A stretch of DNA of 64,000 nt from a virus. The stretch is from the IMG/VR virus record IMGVR_UViG_3300021961_000023, one strand, 5' to 3'. The translations under genes were made by a program, and so were the position numbers. The notes under the pieces were generated by a model. It made no database searches. It worked only from the letters and a program-made list of their open reading frames with translations, and was not told the origin of the DNA. Each line of letters starts with the position of its first letter. The first letter of the stretch is position 1. Shown piece by piece: positions 21,281 through 31,212 of the stretch.

Positions 21281-21978
21281 TGGACTTTTATGATGATTAC
21301 TCTTTGAAACAACTGGAAAACTGGGTGCATGATGCTATTACATGCACCAATAACTCTCCAAAAGAAATCTATGATGTGATCAAAAAAGCAGTAGAGGAAG
21401 AGTACAATGATTTTAAAGTACGGTCTGATCGCGCATATGAACTTATTCAACTTCTGAATGGGCATATGATCAACACACAACTTCCTTTGACTTGTGATAA
21501 AGATGATCCTTCAGATGAATGTAAAAACTCTTGGAATAGTTTTTGGGAAGAAGCAACGATTCAAGACAAAAAATATTCTTCTCAGTATACCGAAGAAGAA
21601 TTAAATGAGATGTGTAATAAAGCAGAGCAAGATGAGAAAGAACGTTATCGTGAGTATAATCTGCGAGAGGCAGAGTATTATGACAAGCGAGCAAAACTTG
21701 ACATCACTTATAATGGCATGATTGCTAAGGGATACACAATGACTGCTGATGGTTTTTGGATTAAAGAACCTACCAAGACTGATAGAGTTGTTAAGTGGCA
21801 ACTTCCTGTACAACAAAAGATTGAAGAAGGCATTGATGATTATTATGTTCAGTTCCCTGACGATCTGTTGGAAGCAGCAAATCTTAAAGAGGGTGATCTG
21901 GTAGAATGGATTGATAACAATAACGGAACCTATACACTTCGTAAAGTTACTTCAACACTAAAACAGGATGAGTGTTGA
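21277..21978 (+). CDS. Hypothetical protein with a C-terminal AbrB/MazE/SpoVT-type DNA-binding domain
   Basis: C-terminus YYVQFPDDLLEAANLKEGDLVEWIDNNNGTYTLRKV. Confidence 0.65.
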   Translation: MMDFYDDYSLKQLENWVHDAITCTNNSPKEIYDVIKKAVEEEYNDFKVRSDRAYELIQLLNGHMINTQLPLTCDKDDPSDECKNSWNSFWEEATIQDKKYSSQYTEEELNEMCNKAEQDEKERYREYNLREAEYYDKRAKLDITYNGMIAKGYTMTADGFWIKEPTKTDRVVKWQLPVQQKIEEGIDDYYVQFPDDLLEAANLKEGDLVEWIDNNNGTYTLRKVTSTLKQDEC

Positions 21979-22587
21979 TGGGTACTTTATCTTTTCTTGG
22001 TCCATTGCTACTATCTGCTTGTGTAGATGGTATTCTTGGTAAGGGAAATGCAATCATATGTAATTTTGAATCTCCACCTCCTGTCACAAAATACTATGAA
22101 CCAGAAAAATCTTGTTACATCGAAGGAGTCTTCTATCCAAGATGTGCTGATTATGACAACAAACTGGTAAAACACTATCACGATTTATTGAAAAGAGATC
22201 ATGAAAAAACTTTTCCTCCTGGTTGTATTCCTTTTGAGCACACCTGCTTTTGCTCAAACGGAAAAAGTTGCTGAGAAAAAAACTTATCGTCCATTTCGAT
22301 ATGAAACTCCTTGTCTTCTAGAGGCAAGTGTTCAAACGTACCCTGATACCTGTGTGGTGATTGAAACTCGTGAAACTGGCGGCGCACTTCGCACTCGTAA
22401 TATCTTTTCTAATAAACATGGATTGACAATCAAAGGTCGATTCGATAAAGAAAAGGGATATGTGACTTGGGATTCTCACAACAAGTTTGAGTATAAGTGG
22501 GAATATAAGGTCGGTGGTAATCAAGAACTTGGTGCCTGGACCTATGTGATGCCTGGATTCCTTGTACAAAACATTAGTTGGGACTGA
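21978..22587 (+). CDS. Two secreted/membrane hypothetical proteins (21978..22274, 22201..22587)
   Basis: Lipobox-like LLLSAC in the first; signal peptide MKKLFLLVVFLLSTPAFA in the second. Confidence 0.55.
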
Positions 22588-22589
22588 TT

Positions 22590-22895
22590 ATGATTATTGC
22601 TGCTTTGATGTGTGGGATTGCTACATACTACGGAGTTGGTGATGGTTTTCATGGACAAGTTACGGCAAATGGTGAGCGGTTTGATGCTTATCGTTGGACT
22701 GCAGCTCATCCTCATCTACCTTTGGGTACACGCATACGGGTGACAAATCAAGACAATATGAAACAAGTAATCGTGAGGATTAATGATCGTGGTCCATACT
22801 CACATGCTGATCTGGATCTTTCTTATGCTGCTTTTGCTCACATTGCTTCTGTGAGAAAAGGAAATGCTACTGTTTGTTATCGTGTTATAGGTTAA
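22590..22895 (+). CDS. rlpA: RlpA-like double-psi beta-barrel lytic transglycosylase
   Basis: ATYYG..DGFHG..TANGERFD...TAAH..LP.GT.IRVTN...VIVRINDRGPY...DLSYAAF. Confidence 0.88.
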   Translation: MIIAALMCGIATYYGVGDGFHGQVTANGERFDAYRWTAAHPHLPLGTRIRVTNQDNMKQVIVRINDRGPYSHADLDLSYAAFAHIASVRKGNATVCYRVIG

Positions 22896-22909
22896 AGGAG
22901 GATTAACCC

Positions 22910-23311
22910 ATGGGGATGTTTGACTATCTAAGAAGTTCATATGATTTGGGTGAACACTTTACGAATGTGGAGTGTCATACAAAAGATATTGAGGATGGCA
23001 TTGGTGGAACAATGACTCATTATTGGATCGATCCTCATGGGTATTTGTATGAGATTGATATCTCACAGACTGCAGATTTTGTAGAACTTAAAGAGGGTGA
23101 TGAGGGATATGAGCATGGAGTCGGACGTTCTTTTTTAAACTTTAGATGGATTCCAAACGGCAATCATGGCAAAGTCACTCCAAAACTGATTACCAAATAC
23201 GTTGAGATTTATCCATCTATATGGGGAGGAACCTGGGAATCATGGCCTCGATGTCGTGTTCACTTTAAGTATGGTAGACTTATGGACTTTGATGATGTCA
23301 CTGGGCGATGA
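22910..23311 (+). CDS. Conserved phage hypothetical protein (MGMFDY type)
   Basis: Strong AGGAGG SD; MGMFDY...TKD motif. Confidence 0.7.
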   Translation: MGMFDYLRSSYDLGEHFTNVECHTKDIEDGIGGTMTHYWIDPHGYLYEIDISQTADFVELKEGDEGYEHGVGRSFLNFRWIPNGNHGKVTPKLITKYVEIYPSIWGGTWESWPRCRVHFKYGRLMDFDDVTGR

Positions 23312-23802
23312 AAGAGTTTGATTATGAACTTGATTACAAGGTTTTGAATTTTACAGAACCCAACAATCGAAGAAAGTATCGTATTGGCAGAGGGGAACAG
23401 GGTGTTCTTATTGTACGCCCTTATACAGACATTATTGGAAAGCATTGGCGATTTAAAAACGTAGACATTGCCAAGAAATCATCATGGAAGATTTATTCGA
23501 TATTTGAAGAATATTTGAATGCTGGTGACTTTATCGGTGCTGATATGTGCCGCAAGTTCCTTGAGATGGGATTCACGCGTGCTCGTCGCTATGCAAACCA
23601 CAAAACTGGTAGAAAATACGTTACTAATCCTCCTTATTATCACACTGGTGATCGTGGAGGTGTCGCAGTATTACCACAAGAACCTGATGCACTTATTAAT
23701 GAAAAAGCACAAGCAGCACGAGTATTCAAGCATGTAAGGGATATTGCTGCAAAACACCCAAAGTATGTTATAATGAGAAAAGAATGGAGGTCTCAAGAAT
23801 GA
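23308..23802 (+). CDS. DUF4385 family protein
   Basis: YRIGRGEQGVL.V.PY...HWRFK and DFIGADMCRKFLEMGFTRARRYANHK.GRKY. Confidence 0.8.
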   Translation: MKEFDYELDYKVLNFTEPNNRRKYRIGRGEQGVLIVRPYTDIIGKHWRFKNVDIAKKSSWKIYSIFEEYLNAGDFIGADMCRKFLEMGFTRARRYANHKTGRKYVTNPPYYHTGDRGGVAVLPQEPDALINEKAQAARVFKHVRDIAAKHPKYVIMRKEWRSQE

Positions 23803-24100
23803 CTACTGTACCTAAGAAACAGTTTACTAAAAAAGACGCAAAGGGTCATACTGAAGTTTGGGAATGGGAAGAAACTCCTGAACTCCGTAAGTTCATTGAA
23901 GTTTATGGTAAGAAATAATCATGTACGAAGATTTAGATACCTTTGAGAAAGCACTTTCTCATTTTGGAACTCGTGTTGATGTTATTTGTGCAATGGAAAT
24001 GGGAGGAAGAATAGATGCAGAAACTGCTTACAAAAATATTAAACTTGAACTCAAGGAACTTAAACGAGTCCGTAAACAATATAAAAAGGAAGTGCAATAA
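23799..24100 (+). CDS. Two small hypothetical proteins below the track cutoff (23799..23918, 23921..24100)
   Basis: Translated by hand: MTTVPKKQFTKKDAKGHTEVWEWEE... and MYEDLDTFEKALSHFGTRVDVICAMEMGG...; coupled starts. Confidence 0.6.
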
Positions 24101-24242
24101 ATGTGATGAAGAAAAACCATTAGACCTAAATCACTTTCAGTCAGTAAAGTATTTTAAGTCTGGTTTCTCATACTACTGTAACGAGTGCAATAAACCAAAA
24201 TCAAGAGAATAAATAGTCTTACTGCTTAGTGTAAGACTATAA

Positions 24243-25841
24243 ATGGCTCTGACAAAACTTTCGGGAAGTCAAATTGAATCTCCAGTAGAGATCTCTGCGG
24301 TTAATCTTACTGGAGTTACTACGGCACAGTCTTTACTTGTGGTTGGTTCTGGTTCAACTTCTAGAACACCAGATCAACCACTTCAGGTTATTGGCAGTGC
24401 TTACATTAGTTCTGCTAAAGTTGGTATTGGAACTACGCTGTTTAGTTCAAATCCTGCTGCAAGAGGAGCTTATATTTTTGGTGAGGGAAACAATACTGTT
24501 TTAAGAGTTCAATCTGGAGGTAGTGGAAATACTTCTGCAGAATTAGATTTAATATCAAATGGAACACAAAACGCCTTCATTGATTATGGTCCAAATAGTC
24601 TTGTTTATAGAACAACAAATACTGATGGTTCTGCTTTAGTTTCAAATGTTTTATTATTAGATAATAATGGCAGATTGGGTATCAACACAAGTGCAGTTCC
24701 TGGATCGTTTCCTGCAAAACTTAATATTTTTGCAGATGGAGTTATAAATCAACACACACTCCGTCTAGATACAAATACTAAAACTGCCAATAGTGCGTCT
24801 ATATTTTTTACAAATATTGCAGGAGCTGGAACATCAGATAATTTTTCTGCAGGATTTGTGATTGGTAATGGGTATAATGGGCCCGCCATTAATAATACTT
24901 ACCAGTTTCAGATTGCTAATGGTAATCCTTTTCCTAGAACTTTTGCATATGTAGATAGAAATAGTTTTGATGCATCTTTCTTTGCTCTATCATCAAACTT
25001 AAATGAGTCATTGTTTAAAGTTGGAATGGCAAATGATCAAAATCCTGCATTTGTTGTTGACTCAAGAAATAATAAAGTAGGCATTGCCACTAGTACACTT
25101 ACTGTACAGTTAAACGTTGGTGGTAATGCAAACATTACTGGATTTGCAACAGTATATGGGCATCTTACCTTAGATGGATTTTATAATCCAGGTGGTAGTT
25201 ATATTTCTTTAAGAGACGGATATAAACCGTATAATGGTGGTGGAGTTGGATTTGCTGCCACAGATTTTAATGGTGGAAATAATGACGGTCTTGGGATATA
25301 TGGACAAGATGGTATTGGTTTATATACATCTCAGATTCGTAGAATGGTTGTTAGAGATACTGCTAGTGGTGGAGTAGTAGGAATATCTTCAGCAATTGTT
25401 AATGATTCAGGTAGATATATATTAAAACAAAGTGATAGTATTATTCAAGTTAAGCACATAACTTATTATACTGGTACTTCTACAAACTCTACTTCTTATG
25501 TTGATGCAGGACCTTCAATAACAATAACACCACATTCAACGAGTAGTAAAATACTTGTGTTTGTTTCTCAGGCTATTTCTGCAATATCTGCTGGGACAAA
25601 TGTTTATGGATTCTTGAGATTACTAAGAGATGCAACTACTTTATGGGAATGGGAGAGAGTAGACATGTATCAACAATTTAATCATAATACTATAACATTT
25701 TCTTATTTGGATACTCCAGCATCAACATCATCATTGACTTATAAAACACAAATTGCAACTATTAACAGCGCATATTACATTGAAGCCCAACATGCAAGTA
25801 TAAATGAATCAACAATAACTTTAATGGAGATATCAGGATAA
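24243..25841 (+). CDS. Tail fibre protein
   Basis: AATAAATA upstream; VGIGTT repeats; C-terminal SITITPHSTSSKILV...YLDTPASTSSLTYKTQ...STITLMEISG tip domain. Confidence 0.78.
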   Translation: MALTKLSGSQIESPVEISAVNLTGVTTAQSLLVVGSGSTSRTPDQPLQVIGSAYISSAKVGIGTTLFSSNPAARGAYIFGEGNNTVLRVQSGGSGNTSAELDLISNGTQNAFIDYGPNSLVYRTTNTDGSALVSNVLLLDNNGRLGINTSAVPGSFPAKLNIFADGVINQHTLRLDTNTKTANSASIFFTNIAGAGTSDNFSAGFVIGNGYNGPAINNTYQFQIANGNPFPRTFAYVDRNSFDASFFALSSNLNESLFKVGMANDQNPAFVVDSRNNKVGIATSTLTVQLNVGGNANITGFATVYGHLTLDGFYNPGGSYISLRDGYKPYNGGGVGFAATDFNGGNNDGLGIYGQDGIGLYTSQIRRMVVRDTASGGVVGISSAIVNDSGRYILKQSDSIIQVKHITYYTGTSTNSTSYVDAGPSITITPHSTSSKILVFVSQAISAISAGTNVYGFLRLLRDATTLWEWERVDMYQQFNHNTITFSYLDTPASTSSLTYKTQIATINSAYYIEAQHASINESTITLMEISG

Positions 25842-26183
25842 ATGAGAAAACCAACTACGATAGATGCAGTCATCGCATTAGTGCCAGATGCACAAGTTGT
25901 TGTGTCTGGAGAAACTTCTGAAACTCTAGGTGAAATAAAATGGATTAACTATGAAACTCCTCCAGTAACAAATGATGAAATTGAAGAAGAGTATGAAAAA
26001 CTTATTATAGAGTATGAAAATAAAGAATATCAAAGAAAACGAGCTAATGAGTATCCAGAACTAAAAGATCAGTTTGATCAACTATATCATGATATGAAAA
26101 ATGGACTTTTGGGCACATCAGCAACTACAGGTTCTTGGTATGTTGGAATTACCAGCGTAAAATCACAATATCCAAAAACTTAA
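25842..26183 (+). CDS. Tail fibre partner/assembly protein
   Basis: YQRKRANEYP.LKDQFDQLYHD...W...I..VK..YPK; abuts the upstream fibre gene. Confidence 0.65.
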   Translation: MRKPTTIDAVIALVPDAQVVVSGETSETLGEIKWINYETPPVTNDEIEEEYEKLIIEYENKEYQRKRANEYPELKDQFDQLYHDMKNGLLGTSATTGSWYVGITSVKSQYPKT

Positions 26184-26189
26184 TACTGT

Positions 26190-26248
26190 TATAAATAACT
26201 AGAAACAAAGACACAGGAAAAATGGCGGATCGTTATCCTTTAGTTGTA
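26190..26248 (+). repeat. Fibre-cassette leader copy 2
   Basis: TATAAATAACTAGAAACAAAGACACAGGAAAAATGGCGGATCGTTATCCTTTAGTTGT. Confidence 0.9.
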
Positions 26249-27598
26249 GCATCTAGTGTGGTCCAAGAGATCGCAGCAGGTGATAATTTAAGTTTGGTTG
26301 GTACTGGTATCACTGGTGCAACTACAGTTGGTGTAGGAACAATTGTATTTTCTGGTGGAACTACAATCACTGGAACAGCAACTACAATAGTTACTCAGAG
26401 AGATATTGATGTTAATGGTATTTTGATTGGAAATGGTCCAAATGGTACTGTAGGATTCTCCACTCTTGGAGCTGCAGACGTTGCAATGAATATTCGTCTT
26501 GCAACTGGAGATACTTATTCAAATTTTGTTGGCATCACAACAACTACCGCTGGTGTTCCCTCGGTAGCAATCGGTCATAATGTTCTTAGAAACTTTACTG
26601 GATTAGCCATTACAGGATATCCAGCAAGTTATGGTGAAGTTACATATCCAGTATATGGTCCTCCTTCTGGAGTATCTACTGCTGTTTTCGGGCCCATGTT
26701 TGGAAACACTGTTATTGGATATGAAGCAGGATATAACCTAACTGTAGGTGCTGGTAATATTGTATTAGGAAGGGTTGCTCTTTACACTTCAAGAAGAGGA
26801 GTTGACAACGTAGCAATCGGTGATGCTTGTATGGTTGCTGCTGGATCAACAACTGGTAGTCCTGGAGGAACTCAAGAACACAGTCAGTTTGCTGGCAACT
26901 GTGCAGTTGGTTCTGCAGCAATGTATAGAACAAGAACTAGCGAAAACTGTGCATTTGGAAGATCCGCACTTCTCTTAAATCAAGATGGATATGCTTTATC
27001 TGCTTTTGGCGCATATGCATTAAGTCAAAGTACAGGTACAAGAAACACTGCTGTAGGTCATTATGCACTGTACACAAATACATCTGGAAATGATAACGTT
27101 GCTATTGGTGTTTCTGCTGGATATGTTTCTGTTGGTGGAACAAGTTCATTGGGTAACTCCACTGGATCAAATAATATTTTTGTTGGAACAAACTGTGTTG
27201 GACCAACAGCAACCACCAGCAATACTATAAACTTAGGTAACCATAATCATACATCTTTAAGATGTAATGTTCAAACAATCACTGGACTTTCTGATGGTAG
27301 AGATAAAACTGATGTTGAACAACTTACTCTTGGATTAGATTTTGTTAACTCATTGTCTCCTGTTAGATTTACTTGGGATAGAAGAGATGAATCTATTTTA
27401 AATGGTACTCAAGATGCTGGATTTATTGCTCAAGATCTCCAAACAGTTGTTGCTGATAACTCAGCAGAATGGTTAGGTTTAGTATCAGATGAAAATCCAG
27501 ATAAGTTAGAAGCTTCTTATGGCAAACTGATTCCAGTTCTTGTTAAAGCAATCCAAGAACTCAAAGCAGAAGTTGATGCTCTAAAAGCAGCAAAGTGA
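26222..27598 (+). CDS. Tail fibre/RBP (MADRYPLVV type 2) with a C-terminal S74 autocleaving chaperone
   Basis: N.AIG..AL beta-roll repeats; LSDGRDKTDV...GFIAQD...LIPVLVKAIQEL. Confidence 0.85.
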   Translation: MADRYPLVVASSVVQEIAAGDNLSLVGTGITGATTVGVGTIVFSGGTTITGTATTIVTQRDIDVNGILIGNGPNGTVGFSTLGAADVAMNIRLATGDTYSNFVGITTTTAGVPSVAIGHNVLRNFTGLAITGYPASYGEVTYPVYGPPSGVSTAVFGPMFGNTVIGYEAGYNLTVGAGNIVLGRVALYTSRRGVDNVAIGDACMVAAGSTTGSPGGTQEHSQFAGNCAVGSAAMYRTRTSENCAFGRSALLLNQDGYALSAFGAYALSQSTGTRNTAVGHYALYTNTSGNDNVAIGVSAGYVSVGGTSSLGNSTGSNNIFVGTNCVGPTATTSNTINLGNHNHTSLRCNVQTITGLSDGRDKTDVEQLTLGLDFVNSLSPVRFTWDRRDESILNGTQDAGFIAQDLQTVVADNSAEWLGLVSDENPDKLEASYGKLIPVLVKAIQELKAEVDALKAAK

Positions 27599-27614
27599 TT
27601 CAATCAGTATTCGG

Positions 27615-27643
27615 AAGACCCTCTACGTAGAGGGTCTTTTTTT
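27615..27643 (+). terminator. Rho-independent terminator
   Basis: AAGACCCTCT-ACGT-AGAGGGTCTT followed by a T run. Confidence 0.88.
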
Positions 27644-27684
27644 GTGCATAAATACCCTTGAATCCTGAATATAAGTATAGGAAA

Positions 27685-27900
27685 ATGACTGAACAACAAG
27701 CACATCTTCAACAAGTTCTTGAGCAACAACAACAACTCGTAAAAGAGTTTGATGAACTTCAACGTCAGATTACAGCAAAGAGAGAACTGTTTACCAAACT
27801 TCAAGGTATCGTTGAGTATCTTCAACAAACTGGTGTAACTCTTCCTGAAGCAGAAGAAGAGATTGCAACTCCAGAAGTTGAAGTACAGACTGCTGAGTGA
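27685..27900 (+). CDS. Small coiled-coil protein
   Basis: AGGA SD then ATG at 27685; Gln/Glu-rich heptads. Confidence 0.65.
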   Translation: MTEQQAHLQQVLEQQQQLVKEFDELQRQITAKRELFTKLQGIVEYLQQTGVTLPEAEEEIATPEVEVQTAE

Positions 27901-27932
27901 CCTAAATTATTAAATAAGATCCAGGTAGAATA

Positions 27933-29861
27933 ATGCCAATCACCAGAGCAACAAATCTTGCAGGATTAGGTACGGTTTTTGATGCCCTCACTGAGGGTGG
28001 AGGTTTGTCGGTCTCTGGTGTTTCTACCTTTACAGATTTAAACTCCACTAGAATAAATGTAACGGGTGTTTCTACATTTACAACAGAGGTTGATTTTACA
28101 AATGGTCCAGTATTAATTGGCACTGGAACTTCAACGGGAACTGTATCACAACGACTTCAAGTTACTGGTGGTGCTTATATAAGCGAAAATATTGGCATAG
28201 GAACTACAAAACCTGTAGAAAAGTTACATATTTCAAATAATTCTGCTACTGGACCATCAATCTATATTACAAACAACTCTACAGGTCATACTTCATCTGA
28301 TGGGGTTCAGATTGGATTTGATGCATCAAATGATGTTGAAATACGTAATAGAGAAAACACCAGATTAAGATTTTATACTAGTAATATAGAAAGACTACAG
28401 ATACTTTCCAATGGACAGGTTGGTATAGGTACATCATCAACTCTTAGAGGATCTCTTGATATTACAGAAAGTTCTCAATGGTCATCAGCTAACTATGGAG
28501 CAAGTTTAGTTATAGGTGGTGGTAGAAATAATGCTATTGGATTACTTGATTCTACAAGTGCTTTTCCTTGGGCAATAGCAAATACAGGAGGAAGTCTTTC
28601 ATTTTCAACAATGCCTCTTCTTGGCATTACTACACTTCCTCCGAATGTAAGAATGCAAATAGATTCTAATGGTAATGTATTAATCGGAGGCGGGGGTGGA
28701 GTACTTGCTAATGGAACTGCATCACAACCACTTCAAGTTACTGGTGGTGCTTATATTTCTGGATCTGTTGGTATAGGAATCACAAATCCAGTTGGATTGG
28801 CAATAGGTTCAACACAAACTTTACATTTGAATGGTGTTGATGCAGTTTTAAGAGTTGGTCCATATTATTCTACTGGTGGTGATAGAGATAATATTTTATT
28901 AGTTGCAGATGATACTGATACTTATATTCGTTCCAATAATGAAAGATTTCATATCTATAATAGTAATGGTGATGTTGTAGTACACGCTGGAGCAGGAGAT
29001 ACTGAAAGGGCTAGGATATACTCAAATGGTTATCTAGAGTTAAAAACAATAAATCCTCAACTTAACTCAGATTTTTATGCTATTAATGTTTTGTCTGCAT
29101 TAACATTAACTTCAGATCTGTCAACTAATAATGGTGCCGATGCAAGACCTCAAATATCATTTAGAGCTCCTTATGCTGCTAATAATGCAGATAGAGTAAC
29201 TTATGCTGCTGTATGTGGATTTAAACAAGATACTGGTCAAGGCGGCCGCCTTGGGGTTTTACAATTTCTAACAAACGATGCGAGTAACACTACACCAACA
29301 GAATTGAAAGAACGGGCCAGATTTAATGGTGCGGGAGAACTACTAATAGGATATACATCTGATAATGGTGCATATTTGCTGCAAGTTAATAGTCAAATAT
29401 TTGCTACAAGTTCAACTATTGCAACTTCTGATGGAAGATACAAAGAAAATGTTTCTGATTTAGAAAACTGTACAGAAATAATAAAAAAACTAAGACCAGT
29501 AAGTTTTACATGGAAAGAACAAACTAACGTAGTTGGGTATAATACAGATGGATCTTTTGTTGAAAGAGAAGGGCATAACTTTCCTAAAGGATACCAAGTT
29601 GGATTCATCGCTCAGGAAGTTCAGGAAACTTTATCTGGAAAATCTTGGGTTGGTAGCATTGTGAAGGAAAATGTTAGAAAACCTATACTTAATGCATATG
29701 ATGAAGAAATCATTCCTGAAGAAAAATTTTATGGAATTGCGGAGGGTAATATGATTGCAGTATTAACATCAGCACTAAAAGAATCTATTTCAGAAATAGA
29801 AATTCTTAAAAATAAAGTATCAAATCTTGAATCACAGATTGTAGGTATTGCAAGTACATAA
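27933..29861 (+). CDS. Tail fibre protein with a C-terminal S74 chaperone
   Basis: Repeated ER.RI.SNG.VGIGT modules; TSDGRYKENV...GFIAQEV. Confidence 0.85.
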   Translation: MPITRATNLAGLGTVFDALTEGGGLSVSGVSTFTDLNSTRINVTGVSTFTTEVDFTNGPVLIGTGTSTGTVSQRLQVTGGAYISENIGIGTTKPVEKLHISNNSATGPSIYITNNSTGHTSSDGVQIGFDASNDVEIRNRENTRLRFYTSNIERLQILSNGQVGIGTSSTLRGSLDITESSQWSSANYGASLVIGGGRNNAIGLLDSTSAFPWAIANTGGSLSFSTMPLLGITTLPPNVRMQIDSNGNVLIGGGGGVLANGTASQPLQVTGGAYISGSVGIGITNPVGLAIGSTQTLHLNGVDAVLRVGPYYSTGGDRDNILLVADDTDTYIRSNNERFHIYNSNGDVVVHAGAGDTERARIYSNGYLELKTINPQLNSDFYAINVLSALTLTSDLSTNNGADARPQISFRAPYAANNADRVTYAAVCGFKQDTGQGGRLGVLQFLTNDASNTTPTELKERARFNGAGELLIGYTSDNGAYLLQVNSQIFATSSTIATSDGRYKENVSDLENCTEIIKKLRPVSFTWKEQTNVVGYNTDGSFVEREGHNFPKGYQVGFIAQEVQETLSGKSWVGSIVKENVRKPILNAYDEEIIPEEKFYGIAEGNMIAVLTSALKESISEIEILKNKVSNLESQIVGIAST

Positions 29862-29870
29862 TAAATAACT

Positions 29871-29932
29871 TATAAATAACTAAAAACAAAGACACAGGAA
29901 AAAATGGCTGATCGTTATCCTCTAGTTGTTGA
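29871..29932 (+). repeat. Fibre-cassette leader copy 3
   Basis: TATAAATAACTAAAAACAAAGACACAGGAAAAAATGGCTGATCGTTATCCTCTAGTTGT. Confidence 0.9.
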
Positions 29933-31172
29933 TTCTTCTAACTATAGAATCGAAGAAGTCCCTTCTGGGGATAATATTAATCTTAATGGAAACAGTATCG
30001 TCAACGCTGTTAATGTTTCTACAGCAGGTGTTGCTGCAACAAGTGTCACCGTTAGTGGCACAGTTGTAACTCAAGGTTTGAGAGTAACTGGCATCTTGAC
30101 TGCAGATCAAAACATTAGTGTTGAGGGTCTTGCAATAGGAATAGGTACTTTTAGTGGTATTGGTGTTGGGGTTAGAACCACTGGTGATCCTGGTGGAGAA
30201 GTTATTATTCCAATGCAACAACTTCGTAAAAATGTAACCATTGGATCAACAATGGGTGCCAATATTTCTGGATATGCAAATATTGCCATTGGTGAAAACG
30301 CTCTTGGGGAATGTATTAATGCCCGTCAAAATATTGCAATCGGTGTTGATGCTCTAAGAAGAGTTGGATCTTATACCACTATTCCAGCAGTAGGATATGG
30401 ATTTACTCCATATAGCAATACTTTTGATTACAAAATGCAGTTTGGTAATATTGCCATTGGACAATCTTCTGGAAGAGAACTCCAAAGTGGATATATGAAT
30501 GTCCTGATTGGTAATAACAATATGATGAAATGTGTAAATGGCACTCTCAATATATGCTTAGGTGATTTCAATCTAACTGAACTTGTTACTGGATCTGAAA
30601 ATATTGCTATTGGACATGCTGCACTTGCATATGGATTAGTATCAGGGAGACAAAACATTGCTATTGGAGTTAATGCGGCTAACACATTAGGGTTTAATAC
30701 CTGCACTCATATTGGACATCAGTATAATGCAATCACTGGAGATCTCCAGGTACAACTGAATAGTCCTCAGCAAACAGTTTATACTTATAATGCTGTTCAA
30801 ACACGCTCTGATGAGAGAGATAAAGCAGATATTCGTGACACAGTTCTTGGACTTGACTTTATTAATCAACTGAGACCAGTTGATTGGAAATGGGATTATA
30901 GAGATTTTTACAATGAAGTTACTAATACAGGTGAAGTTATTAATCATCCAAAGGATGGATCTAAAAAGCGTAATAGATATCATCATGGATTAATCGCACA
31001 GGAAGTTAAAGCAGTTATTGATCAAATGGGAGTTGATTTTGGTGGTTATCAAGATCATACTGTAAATGGTGGATATGAGACCATGACTATTGGTTATGAA
31101 GAGTTGATTGCTCCAATGATCAAAGCTATTCAAGAACTCACAGCAAGAGTAGAATCTCTTGAAAATGCTTGA
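29904..31172 (+). CDS. Tail fibre/RBP (MADRYPLVV type 3) with a C-terminal S74 chaperone
   Basis: NIAIG repeats; RSDERDKADI...GLIAQEV...YEELIAPMIKAIQEL. Confidence 0.85.
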   Translation: MADRYPLVVDSSNYRIEEVPSGDNINLNGNSIVNAVNVSTAGVAATSVTVSGTVVTQGLRVTGILTADQNISVEGLAIGIGTFSGIGVGVRTTGDPGGEVIIPMQQLRKNVTIGSTMGANISGYANIAIGENALGECINARQNIAIGVDALRRVGSYTTIPAVGYGFTPYSNTFDYKMQFGNIAIGQSSGRELQSGYMNVLIGNNNMMKCVNGTLNICLGDFNLTELVTGSENIAIGHAALAYGLVSGRQNIAIGVNAANTLGFNTCTHIGHQYNAITGDLQVQLNSPQQTVYTYNAVQTRSDERDKADIRDTVLGLDFINQLRPVDWKWDYRDFYNEVTNTGEVINHPKDGSKKRNRYHHGLIAQEVKAVIDQMGVDFGGYQDHTVNGGYETMTIGYEELIAPMIKAIQELTARVESLENA

Positions 31173-31212
31173 TTAATGATGTATGATTATATCATTGATA
31201 ATTTCTAACTAG

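Noticed and set aside
10953-31172. Diversity-generating retroelement acting on the fibres (suggested by the Mtd-like N-terminus)
   Set aside because: There is no reverse transcriptase in the window and no template/variable repeat pair differing at adenines was seen. The shared repeats are at gene 5' ends.
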